From the NCBI GenBank assembly GCA_963702845.1, contig OY969763.1, positions 288,001 through 352,000 of the forward strand: 64,000 bases of DNA, written 5' to 3'. The stretch comes from an uncultured Verrucomicrobiae bacterium (GTDB lineage Bacteria > Verrucomicrobiota > Verrucomicrobiia > Limisphaerales > Palsa-1400). Shown in pieces: positions 28,901 through 37,661 of the stretch (position 1 is its first letter; each line of letters starts with the position of its first letter). The notes beneath the pieces are model-generated. The model worked only from the letters and a program-made list of their open reading frames with translations, was not told the DNA's origin and ran no database searches. The position numbers and the translations under genes are program-made.

Positions 28901-30040
28901 ATGGCTACAATCGTTATCGCTGCCGATCTTTGCCCGATCGGAAATAATCGCCCTCTTTTCGAGACGGGTGATGCCAGAGCCCTGTTCAACGATCTGCTCG
29001 GCGAACTCGAGAATGCGGATCTCTCCATCGCAAACCTCGAATGTCCGCTGATCGAAAAAGAATCTCCAATAGCAAAAACCGGTCCGACCTTCGGCGCGCC
29101 TCCGAGCTGTATCGACGCGATCAAAAACGGCGGCATTGATCTTCTGTGCCTTGCCAATAATCACATTCTTGACCACGGTGCCGAAGGTCTGATGACGACG
29201 TTGCATGCCTGTAGTGGTGCTGGCGTTTCGGTTGTCGGCGCGGGTCGGAACCTGGTTGAAGCTCAGCAGTTGTTCATTCGCGACATCGACGGTGTTCGCG
29301 TCGCAGTCATCGCCATGGCTGAACACGAATTCTCCATTGCCGGTTCCGACACTGCTGGCGCTAATCCGCTCGACTTGATCGACTTTGTCAGGACCGTCCA
29401 AGCGAAACGAAATCAGTTCGATTTCCTGATCGTGCTGCTTCACGGCGGGGACGAATTCCACGTGCCCAGTCCAGGCTTGCGCAAAACCTGTCATTTTCTC
29501 GCTGAAATGGGTGCCAACGCCATCATCGTCCAGCATTCCCATTGCTTGGGTGGAATCGAAGAATATCAAGGTTCTCATATCGTTTATGGTCAGGGCGCTC
29601 TCGTCATGGACGAAGAACTTTACCGTTCTCGCGCGTCCTTCCACGAAGGTTTTCTGGTTAAGTTCCGTGTCGCGCGTTCGCAAAATCCTGCGCAAGCCGT
29701 TTCACATACGCTCGAGATTATCCCTTTTCACCAGTCAGACCCGGAGATCGGCGCGCATCGGTTGACCGGTGAACGTGAACGCGTTCTACGTCAATCGCTT
29801 GAACAAAAATCCAAAATGGTGTGCGACGATGCTTCCGTCGAAGCACAGTGGCTGCGCTTTTGTGAGGCACGAAAAAACAGTTATTTGAGCAGTCTTCTTG
29901 GACATGGCCGTTTTCTCCGTCGCTTAAATTTTAGAGGTTGGCTGACAAAGCTTTACGGCCGAAGGCTCCTCGGGGCACGCAATGTTGCTATCTGTGAGAC
30001 ACATCGTGAAGTTCTCGAAACAATCATGCGCCGCAAATAA
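28901..30040 (+). CDS. CapA (PGA_cap) family metallophosphoesterase-like protein
   Basis: ANLECP, LANNHILDHG, LHGGDE and HSH motifs. Confidence 0.88.
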   Translation: MATIVIAADLCPIGNNRPLFETGDARALFNDLLGELENADLSIANLECPLIEKESPIAKTGPTFGAPPSCIDAIKNGGIDLLCLANNHILDHGAEGLMTTLHACSGAGVSVVGAGRNLVEAQQLFIRDIDGVRVAVIAMAEHEFSIAGSDTAGANPLDLIDFVRTVQAKRNQFDFLIVLLHGGDEFHVPSPGLRKTCHFLAEMGANAIIVQHSHCLGGIEEYQGSHIVYGQGALVMDEELYRSRASFHEGFLVKFRVARSQNPAQAVSHTLEIIPFHQSDPEIGAHRLTGERERVLRQSLEQKSKMVCDDASVEAQWLRFCEARKNSYLSSLLGHGRFLRRLNFRGWLTKLYGRRLLGARNVAICETHREVLETIMRRK

Positions 30041-30157
30041 TGCTCTTGGTCCAAAACGACCGTGCTAAACGAAAATTGTAACACCCCCTCTCCGCGTTCT
30101 CGTCCGTCGTTGAAAGAGAAGATGCGCGAAAGCAGTCATCCGCGGCAAAGCAATAAC

Positions 30158-30859
30158 ATGCTGGAAACGACACCGCGCACTCACAGCACTCGTGCTTGCT
30201 TCGGTTTGTTAATGCGTCAGGAGCGTTGGGGATTTTCAGGGCGTGGACGACTGATTCTCGTGATTCTTTTCGTCGCCGGATTCATCGCAGCCGTTCTGCG
30301 CGTGCATCCGTTTTTAGCCGTCACTCAACGGACTGATACAGACATTCTGGTTGTGGAAGGTTGGATAAACCAGTTTACCACACGCACTGCGGCAAAGGAG
30401 TTCAACACCGGTTCGTACCATCGCCTGTTTACTACTGGCGGCCCGGTTAAGGGCAGTGGTGGTTACATCAATGATCAAGAAACCGTCGCCAGTGTGACCG
30501 CTGGTTTCTTGCGCCAGGCGGGAGTTCGCACGGATGCCGTGCAGATGGTGCCCTCTCACGTCATCGGTCGTGATCGTACTTACAGCTCCGCCGTGGCGTT
30601 GCGCGACTGGTTCCGTGATCATAATATGTCCGTGCGCAATTTTAACGTGCTGACCGAGGACGCGCACGCGCGACGAACCCGGATGCTGTTTCAGGAAGCG
30701 TTCGGCAAGGATGTCAAAGTGGGAATCATATCTGTGCCCAGCCCCGATTACGATGCGGCCCACTGGTGGCGTTATAGCGAGGGCGTCCGGGAGGTCCTCG
30801 ATGAGACGATCGCGTACATTTACGCAAAGTTTTTCTTTTGGCCTGAGACTCCTCACTAA
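30158..30859 (+). CDS. YdcF/ElyC (DUF218) family protein
   Basis: TM anchor, LVVEGW, TTGG, DRTYSSA and HARRTR motifs; start uncertain (30062-30212). Confidence 0.75.
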   Translation: MLETTPRTHSTRACFGLLMRQERWGFSGRGRLILVILFVAGFIAAVLRVHPFLAVTQRTDTDILVVEGWINQFTTRTAAKEFNTGSYHRLFTTGGPVKGSGGYINDQETVASVTAGFLRQAGVRTDAVQMVPSHVIGRDRTYSSAVALRDWFRDHNMSVRNFNVLTEDAHARRTRMLFQEAFGKDVKVGIISVPSPDYDAAHWWRYSEGVREVLDETIAYIYAKFFFWPETPH

Positions 30860-30925
30860 ATGCCGTTCAATTTCTAGCTTCCGACTCGTAGCTCCCACTG
30901 CTGGCTCCGTAGGTTTTTTTGGCCC

Positions 30926-30988
30926 TCGACCTTCGACAATCGACTCTCGACCGCTGTCCCTTTCGCATGTTTCGCGTATTTCGCGGTT
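30926..30988. repeat. Short tandem repeats (TCGACnn x4; TTTCGCnnn x3)
   Basis: 7-bp period at 30926-30951 and 9-bp period at 30961-30988. Confidence 0.7.
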
Positions 30989-31033
30989 AACACGTTTTGT
31001 TTTCCACCTTGAATTTGCCCATTCGAATTTTAC

Positions 31034-31062
31034 TTGAAAATCTTTCCAGAAATTCGCATTCT
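31034..31062 (+). promoter_or_regulatory. Putative sigma-70 promoter for the downstream structured RNA
   Basis: TTGAAA-17 nt-CATTCT; predicted +1 near 31069 coincides with the first hairpin. Confidence 0.4.
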
Positions 31063-31068
31063 TTCTCT

Positions 31069-31172
31069 GTCAATCAACTCTGCGGTGCAGGGTGGGGTTG
31101 ACCGGCCAACTCATTCCGGTGGAATGCCAGCGCCCCCGCCACTTCGGGCCTTTCTCGGTGAGAGAGGGTTTT
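31069..31172 (+). ncRNA. Candidate small structured RNA with three C(GGU)G-capped hairpins
   Basis: Stems at 31069-31102, 31112-31126 and 31149-31167, each with a GGT loop; ends in TTTT. Confidence 0.5.
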
Positions 31173-31365
31173 AAGCGATGCGCCAGAGCGCGACGCTCAT
31201 ATACTCATATATCTCAAAGAATCCTAAGAATCCGTCAGCGAACTGTTGTCGTTCGCTGACATAACGTGCCGGCGTTTGTCCCGGTTGGAAAGGTCCGTAT
31301 TATGGAAATCCAGGAAATAAACTGCGCCGCTGGACGTTCCGGTCAGTGGCTAAAACTCCGCAAGT

Positions 31366-31893
31366 GGTCAAATTCGGTAAAGAAACGGTAAACTTTACCG
31401 GTCGTGAATCCGGCAGAGGTAAAACTTCGGTAAAGAAAAGGTAAACTTTTGCCGCCTTTCGTAAAATGAACGCGGTCCAAACGAAAAAACGTACAGAAAA
31501 TGTACAGAAAAGTTCAGTTTTCGATCCACGCCTGAAAAACCGTGAAAAAGGTAACCGGAGGTAATCAGAAGTAATCGGAGGTAATCTCATGATGCAATCT
31601 CACGGTCACGTTTGGTCATCTTTGGTCATCGGAGGTAATCTCATTATGCCGCAATTCGAAATCCGCAACGGGTATGAAACTGCACCGTTTCTGCATCATT
31701 TCTGCCTCGCTTTCCCTAATATTACCGGTTTCCAAAGTGCCAATACTCCGCCTTATGACCGCGTTCAAACCCGAAAAAATCTTTTCAATGACCTGAAATG
31801 ACTTTTAATGACCTTTAGCGACGTTTCACGGTCCGAAATCCGCAATCCTGTGCCGGCGGTAAAGTTCGGTAAAGAAACGGTAAACTTTTTACC
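31366..31893. repeat. Field of 10-11-bp-period repeat blocks, including a 24-mer present three times
   Basis: TTCGGTAAAGAAA(C/A)GGTAAACTTT at 31373, 31426 and 31865; GTACAGAAAA, GGTAATC, GGTCATC, CTGCA and AATGAC blocks between them. Confidence 0.85.
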
Positions 31894-31895
31894 AG

Positions 31896-31923
31896 GTAGG
31901 GCGTGCTCTCCGAGCGCGCCGCG
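31896..31923. repeat. GTAG-type REP-like palindrome
   Basis: GTAG followed by GGCGTGCTC-TCC-GAGCGCGCC; a similar element lies near 53302-53329. Confidence 0.55.
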
Positions 31924-32118
31924 GTCAATTGTTTTGGAGTTTGAGATTTGGTGCTTCTCGGTTCGTGGCAGCGACCTCGCAACCAATTTGTTCATTTGTC
32001 GAGCTTGGAGCTTTCTGCTGTCTCATACACAACGTGCTCAAATTAGGTTGTTTGAAGCCCCCATTTCTACCATAATTCCCGTATAGTCCGGCAACGTGTC
32101 TGCACACAACCAACTGAC

Positions 32119-33348
32119 ATGAACAAAAACCTATTTGCATTACTCTGCGTTCTGTCTTTGCCTTTGGCACTACCCGCACAACCTGTCCTCGCTCCTACTC
32201 CGGCAGTACCGGTATCGCCGCAATTCCTCACGGATTTACAGAGTGGACCTTTTCCTGAAACCGCTAATTCGGTTTTGATGACGATGTTAGGGCTCGCACC
32301 TTATCAGGTTGGACCGGTTGCGATCCATCCGCATGCAGTCTATCGGTTGATGTATAGTACCGGATTGCAGGATCAGCCCGGACATCCGCAATCGTCGGTG
32401 ATCAACGAAATCACGCCTGGATTGCTACTTGCGATTGGTACCCACTGGTCAGTGGATTATAGCCCGAGCTGGACCGTCTACTCGAACGAACATTTCCAAA
32501 ATAGTCTTGGCCAGTCGCTTCGGCTTTCGGGCGGAGCAAGTTATCGTGACTGGCTCTTTACCCTCAATCATAGCTATCAGGCTTCGTCGACTACACAGAC
32601 CGAAACGGCTCAGCAGACCGATGAGGAAGTGCACGACACGAAAATCACGGCCAATTACCAGTTTAACAGCAGCTTTTCTATAGAGTTGGAGGCCGCACAG
32701 AACATCAGGTTGGCCAGCGGCTTCAGTAGCTCGTATAATTGGTCAACTATGGACTGGCTCAATTATGACCTCGGTGCGCGGTTTCAATTTGGGCTGGGAG
32801 CTGGTTTTGGGTACGATGAAGTCCCGAGCAGCGTGAACATGTCGTCCGAGCAATTACAGGGTCGCCTTAGTTGGCGGACATCGGATAAAATTTCACTCCA
32901 AATCAACGGCGGGGCGGAGGATCGCCAGTTTCTCGGTTCGAATGTTCCGGATCTGATTAGTCCCACATTTGGCGTAGGCCTGTCATATCAACCTCTTCGA
33001 TATACCAGTCTTTCGCTGAACGCAAACCGCTCCATAACGCCATCTCTTTTCCAGGAGCAGGCCACCGAATACACCATATTCAGTGCAACCGTGACGCAAC
33101 GTCTGCTCAAACATTTCACTGCCAGCGTAACTGGCGCATATAATAATGCGCAGTACATCGCCACCTCACAAGCGGTGAGCGCGGGTCGAACCGATAACTA
33201 TTATTCAATCAATACCCGGCTCAGTTGGGTCTTGTTGAAACAGTTCTCCATGTCATTGTTTTACTATTACAGTTCTAACTCGTCGACAAGCGCCGGGTTT
33301 GGCTATTCGAGCAGTCAGACAGGATTTGAAGTCGGCTATCGTCTATAG
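32119..33348 (+). CDS. Outer-membrane beta-barrel protein (BBP2-like, EPS/exosortase-associated)
   Basis: Signal peptide, alternating Tyr/Ser/Thr beta-strands and terminal FEVGYRL beta-signal. Confidence 0.8.
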   Translation: MNKNLFALLCVLSLPLALPAQPVLAPTPAVPVSPQFLTDLQSGPFPETANSVLMTMLGLAPYQVGPVAIHPHAVYRLMYSTGLQDQPGHPQSSVINEITPGLLLAIGTHWSVDYSPSWTVYSNEHFQNSLGQSLRLSGGASYRDWLFTLNHSYQASSTTQTETAQQTDEEVHDTKITANYQFNSSFSIELEAAQNIRLASGFSSSYNWSTMDWLNYDLGARFQFGLGAGFGYDEVPSSVNMSSEQLQGRLSWRTSDKISLQINGGAEDRQFLGSNVPDLISPTFGVGLSYQPLRYTSLSLNANRSITPSLFQEQATEYTIFSATVTQRLLKHFTASVTGAYNNAQYIATSQAVSAGRTDNYYSINTRLSWVLLKQFSMSLFYYYSSNSSTSAGFGYSSSQTGFEVGYRL

Positions 33349-33370
33349 TTGACCATTTACGGATTCATCA

Positions 33371-34309
33371 ATGCAGCAATTGCAATCAAGTCGGGCAGTC
33401 CAAACCTCCAGTGCACACAGCCGCACTATCGTGCGTCGTTGGCTGATTGCGTTTTTGGTTGCCGCAGCTATTTTTTATCGTCCCTGTCGCGAACTCGTGC
33501 GCTTCGCTGCGCATAGCGAGCTCTACTCGCACATCTTCTTAATCCCGGTCATCTGCTTTTATCTCGTTTGGATAAACCGACGAACGACGCCGGTTGGAAA
33601 ATCGTCGTTCGTTGCCGCACTGCTCGCCTACATTCCGGCACTGATTCTTGTCGGATTGTACTTTGGACATCCTGCGGCCGGCTTCTGGCACGTGAAGAGC
33701 AATTACCTGTCGGCGATGATGGTCGCGATGGTCCTGATGTGCATCGGTAACTTGTTTGTTTTGCTCGGGAAAGATTTCGTTCGCGCCGCCTTGTTTCCGA
33801 CCTTGTTTTTAATGCTCATGGCCCCGTTTCCCGAGGGGGTTTTGAACGACATCGAGACTTTCTTTCAACATTCATCCGCCTGGACGGCTGGCGTTATGTT
33901 CGATATCACCGGCACAACCGTCCTGCACAATGGCCTTTTCTTTCAATTGCCCGGAATCACTTTGCAAGTCGCACAGGAATGCAGCGGCATTCACTCCAGC
34001 CTTGTCCTGATGCTCACTGCCTTGATCGCCGGGTATTTCTTTTTCCCGTCGTATCGCTTTCGCGTGTTGCTGGTGCTGTTTATCATCCCGCTCGGCATTG
34101 TTCGTAATGCCTTCCGCATCTTCGTTATCGGCCAGCTTTGCTCGCATGTCAGTCCCGACATGATTCACTCCTACATTCACCATCATGGCGGCCCGATCTT
34201 CTTCGCTTTATCGCTGGTTCCCTTCTTCATTTTATTGCATTATTTGCGAAAGATTGAATCCCGGAAGATTCAAGCGCCTCAGGCAAACGTCAGCGTTGTC
34301 GGTCAATAG
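33371..34309 (+). CDS. Exosortase (probably the VPDSG-CTERM-specific XrtC type)
   Basis: About 8 TM segments; YSHIFLIP; catalytic Cys/Arg/His in VAQECSGIHS, RNAFRI and IHHHGG. Confidence 0.9.
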   Translation: MQQLQSSRAVQTSSAHSRTIVRRWLIAFLVAAAIFYRPCRELVRFAAHSELYSHIFLIPVICFYLVWINRRTTPVGKSSFVAALLAYIPALILVGLYFGHPAAGFWHVKSNYLSAMMVAMVLMCIGNLFVLLGKDFVRAALFPTLFLMLMAPFPEGVLNDIETFFQHSSAWTAGVMFDITGTTVLHNGLFFQLPGITLQVAQECSGIHSSLVLMLTALIAGYFFFPSYRFRVLLVLFIIPLGIVRNAFRIFVIGQLCSHVSPDMIHSYIHHHGGPIFFALSLVPFFILLHYLRKIESRKIQAPQANVSVVGQ

Positions 34310-34316
34310 AATCCAT

Positions 34317-37300
34317 ATGCTTACACTGCGTCACATTTCATTGATTCTCGTTGCAACCACGGCCTTGCTCGCCGGCTGCTCGAAGGAAGCAAAAATCGCG
34401 CGATATCGCCAACGCGCCAATAAAGATTTCACCGCTGGCCAATATGCCCAGGCCGAGGTCGAATACATGAACCTGCTCCGGTCCAACCCGAGCGATCCCG
34501 TCGCGATTCGCCAGCTTGGCTTCGTGTTTTTTGAGCAGGGCCGCCTGCCGCAAGCGCTGCAGTTCCTCATCAAGGCTCACGAACTGGAACCGGATAACAT
34601 TGAAACTTCCGGCAAACTCGGCAGCGCCTACATAGCCGCACAACAATACAAATTGGCCGAACAAATCGCGCTTCACACGTTGGAGAAGGAACCCGCCAAC
34701 GAAAGCGCTCTGATGCTCCTGGCTGACACCGCGGACGCTGGTGAAAAGCTCAAAAACCTGCGTGCTCGCGTCACTGGCCTTCAGGCGTCGAACCCTGATC
34801 TTGCCGCGTTCCACATTGTCCTCGGTGAACTCTCGCTTCGTGAACGAAACCTGACGAACGCCCTGTCGGAATTGCAAAAAGCCGTTGCTCTCCAGCCCAC
34901 CAATGCCCTTGCACAACTCGCGCTTGGGAATGTTTACGAGATGCAAAAGGACCAGGCGAATGCCGACAAAGCGCTCAAAGCCGCTGCTGACAATTCGCCA
35001 TGGCGTTCAGCCACGAAGCTGAGGTATGCCGATTTCAAAGTGCAATCCGGCAAAGTCGACGAAGGCAAAGCCATCATTAACGAAATGATCAAGCAAGCGC
35101 CAGATTACATCCCTGCATATGCCTCGATGATGAATCTATCGTTCAGCGCTCGTGACTACGACGAATGCGCAGCGTGGGTCGAAAAAATTCACACTCGCGA
35201 CCCGATGAACTTCGAAGCTCTTATCACCAGCGGTCGTCTCAAGCTGGCCAAAGGCGACTTCGACCACGCCATCGAAGTACTGGAAAAGACTGCCAACATC
35301 TACGAACGGGCACCGTTGGTTCACCACACTCTCGCGCTCGCCTATCTCGGCAAAGGCGATTTCAGCAAAACAATGCTCAACCTTAATCACGCCATTTCTG
35401 CTAATCCTGATTACGTCCCCTCGATCATGGTGGTCGCTGAGATCAATCTAACCAAAGGCGATTTTGCCAACGCAACCTCGGCCCTGTTGCAATTAATTCA
35501 ACACCATCCCGAATTGGAGAATCCTTACCTCCTGCTCGCGCAAGCCTATCTCATGCAGCGCCAGTACGATGAAGCCGCTGTTCAGTATCGCCGCGTCATC
35601 GAACTTTTCCCCAACGTCCCGGAGCCATACTACTATCTCGGGACTGTTCTCGCCGTTGAAAAGAAAAACGCGGAGGCACGTCAGGCTTTCGAGAAAGCTC
35701 TGGAAGTTTCTCCAACCTATCTTCTCGCCCTCGAACAGCTCGTCGATTTGGATATCAAGGAGAAAAATTATTCCGCCGCAATCGATCGTGTGAACAAACA
35801 ATCGGATCCGCAAAAACCATCCGCGCTGATCAACATGTTGCTGGCGAAAGTTCACTCTTCTCAAAACGATACGGCCAGTGCTGAAAAGGATTTGCTCAAA
35901 GCCATCGAACTCGCTCCGGAAAACAACAAGCCTTACATCCTCATTTCCGAATTGTACGTGCAGACGCACAAGCAACAGGAAGCGCTTGATCGCCTCAACA
36001 AATTCGTCGCCAAGACAAACGATGTCGCGGCCCTCATGCAAATCGGCGTCATCCAGCAGATGATGACCAACTTTACCGCTGCCCGTGACACTTACGAAAA
36101 ACTGCTCACCGTCCGTCCCAAATTCAGTCTCGCGTTGAACAATCTGGCCTATCTTTATTGCGAACATCTCAACGATTTGGATAAAGCCCAAAAGCTCGCC
36201 GAGACCGCGCGCGAGGTCATGCATGACGATCCTGCAACCGCCGACACGCTTGGTTGGGTTGCTTACAAACGTGGTGACTACGCACGTGCCCGCGCGCTCA
36301 TCGGTGAAAGCGCGCAACGGCTGAGCAACGAAGCCGAAATCCAATATCACCTCGGCCTGACCCACTACATGCTGGGCGAGGAACCCGCGGCTCGTGCTGC
36401 GCTCGACCACGTCGTTCAATCCACTTCCGCCAAAAAGGAACAGAAACTCGACGCGCAACAACATCTTGCTGTCCTCGACGGCACCGATGCTTCCGGTAAA
36501 CCGCTCTCGCGCGAAAGCCTCGAAAAACTTTCTGCGGAAAATCCCGATGACCCTGTTGTCCTGGCTCACCTCGCGGCTCTTTACGAAAGCGAAGGCTCCA
36601 ATGATAAAGCGATTGCACTCTACCAACGCGCGATCAAAACGAATCGCAAGAACACCACTGTTCTGCTCAAGCTCGCCCAGTATTACGCGCACGCCGGCAA
36701 CGACGCAGCGCAGGCGATCGCTCTCGCTAAGGAAGCCCACAACATTGCTCCCTACGACGTGCAAATAAATCGTCTCCTCGGCCGTCTGGCTTACGACGCC
36801 GGTGACTATTCGTGGTCGGTCAGTCTCTTGCAACAAGCGGCCCGTAACACTGCCCCGAACGGCGATCTCTTCTACGACCTCGCCTGGGCTTACTACAACG
36901 TCGGCAATCTGACGGAAGCGGAAAGCGCGATGCGCAGTGCTCTCCAAACCGGCACCGCCTCCAAAGACGACGCCACTCGCTTCCTCGCATTGATCGAGGC
37001 CTACAATAATCCGAGCCGCAATTCGAACGTCGACGCTTCTGACGCGAAATACGTCCCTGCGTTGATGGTCACTGCCGCGCGTCAACAACAGCAAGGCAAG
37101 TCCGATCAAGCCAAACCGGTGCTCGAACAGGTCCTCGCCAAAAATCCGCTGTTCGTTCCCGCGTCCCGTGATCTTGCGGTCCTGTTGACGCACGAAAATA
37201 GCGATGATGCCAAAGCTTACGCGCTCGGCGTCAAAGCACGCGAAGCATTCCCTGATGACGCCGATGTCTCCCGTGCCCTCGGCATTCTCTCCTACCGCAA

Positions 37301-37508
37301 AGGCGAATACCGCCGGGCTATCGAGTTGCTGAAAGAGAGCCAGCAAAAGCGTGCCGAAGACGGCGAACTGTTCTTCTACCTCGGCATGGCCCACTACAAA
37401 CTGAACCAGGCGCCCGATGCCAAATCAGAACTTCAGCGCGCCTTGCAATGGAAAGTTGAAACTAAACTTTCCGCGGAAGCCACCCGCGTTCTCGCCGAGT
37501 TGAAGTAA
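34317..37508 (+). CDS. Large TPR lipoprotein (PrsT-like)
   Basis: Lipobox LLAGC after ATG 34317; many TPRs; ALNNLAYL...DTLGWV motif. Confidence 0.85.
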   Translation: MLTLRHISLILVATTALLAGCSKEAKIARYRQRANKDFTAGQYAQAEVEYMNLLRSNPSDPVAIRQLGFVFFEQGRLPQALQFLIKAHELEPDNIETSGKLGSAYIAAQQYKLAEQIALHTLEKEPANESALMLLADTADAGEKLKNLRARVTGLQASNPDLAAFHIVLGELSLRERNLTNALSELQKAVALQPTNALAQLALGNVYEMQKDQANADKALKAAADNSPWRSATKLRYADFKVQSGKVDEGKAIINEMIKQAPDYIPAYASMMNLSFSARDYDECAAWVEKIHTRDPMNFEALITSGRLKLAKGDFDHAIEVLEKTANIYERAPLVHHTLALAYLGKGDFSKTMLNLNHAISANPDYVPSIMVVAEINLTKGDFANATSALLQLIQHHPELENPYLLLAQAYLMQRQYDEAAVQYRRVIELFPNVPEPYYYLGTVLAVEKKNAEARQAFEKALEVSPTYLLALEQLVDLDIKEKNYSAAIDRVNKQSDPQKPSALINMLLAKVHSSQNDTASAEKDLLKAIELAPENNKPYILISELYVQTHKQQEALDRLNKFVAKTNDVAALMQIGVIQQMMTNFTAARDTYEKLLTVRPKFSLALNNLAYLYCEHLNDLDKAQKLAETAREVMHDDPATADTLGWVAYKRGDYARARALIGESAQRLSNEAEIQYHLGLTHYMLGEEPAARAALDHVVQSTSAKKEQKLDAQQHLAVLDGTDASGKPLSRESLEKLSAENPDDPVVLAHLAALYESEGSNDKAIALYQRAIKTNRKNTTVLLKLAQYYAHAGNDAAQAIALAKEAHNIAPYDVQINRLLGRLAYDAGDYSWSVSLLQQAARNTAPNGDLFYDLAWAYYNVGNLTEAESAMRSALQTGTASKDDATRFLALIEAYNNPSRNSNVDASDAKYVPALMVTAARQQQQGKSDQAKPVLEQVLAKNPLFVPASRDLAVLLTHENSDDAKAYALGVKAREAFPDDADVSRALGILSYRKGEYRRAIELLKESQQKRAEDGELFFYLGMAHYKLNQAPDAKSELQRALQWKVETKLSAEATRVLAELK

Positions 37509-37544
37509 ACAACGCAGCGGCGAACTGTCTCAGCTTTTTTTCTC

Positions 37545-37582
37545 CCTCTCCTCCTCAGGAGGAGGGCAGGGGAGAGGAGGCC
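37545..37582. repeat. Purine/pyrimidine-biased palindromic intergenic element
   Basis: CCCTCTCCTCCT-C-AGGAGGAGGG followed by GGGGAGAGGAGG. Confidence 0.5.
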
Positions 37583-37661
37583 TTCTCTTCGTGCTTCCCC
37601 TTCTTCGTTCTTCGCTCTTTCCCCCTTTTGAGTTTTTCCTCACCCGCCTGTATATTAGGGC

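Noticed and set aside
28901..30040. Poly-gamma-glutamate capsule operon
   Set aside because: capB and capC are absent from the window.
31366..31893. CRISPR array or replication origin
   Set aside because: Repeat spacing is irregular (53 and 439 bp between 24-mers); no cas, rep or dnaA gene and no clear DnaA-box cluster was seen.
31300..32086. Short ORFs in the repeat field as real genes
   Set aside because: Overlapping, motif-free translations of 10-11-bp repeats; no CTERM tail found.
35493..37394. 633-aa minus-strand ORF
   Set aside because: Antisense shadow of the TPR gene with no recognisable motifs.
1..37508. Absence of an initiating sugar transferase and Wza as a novelty
   Set aside because: The locus starts at the window edge, so these genes are probably upstream.
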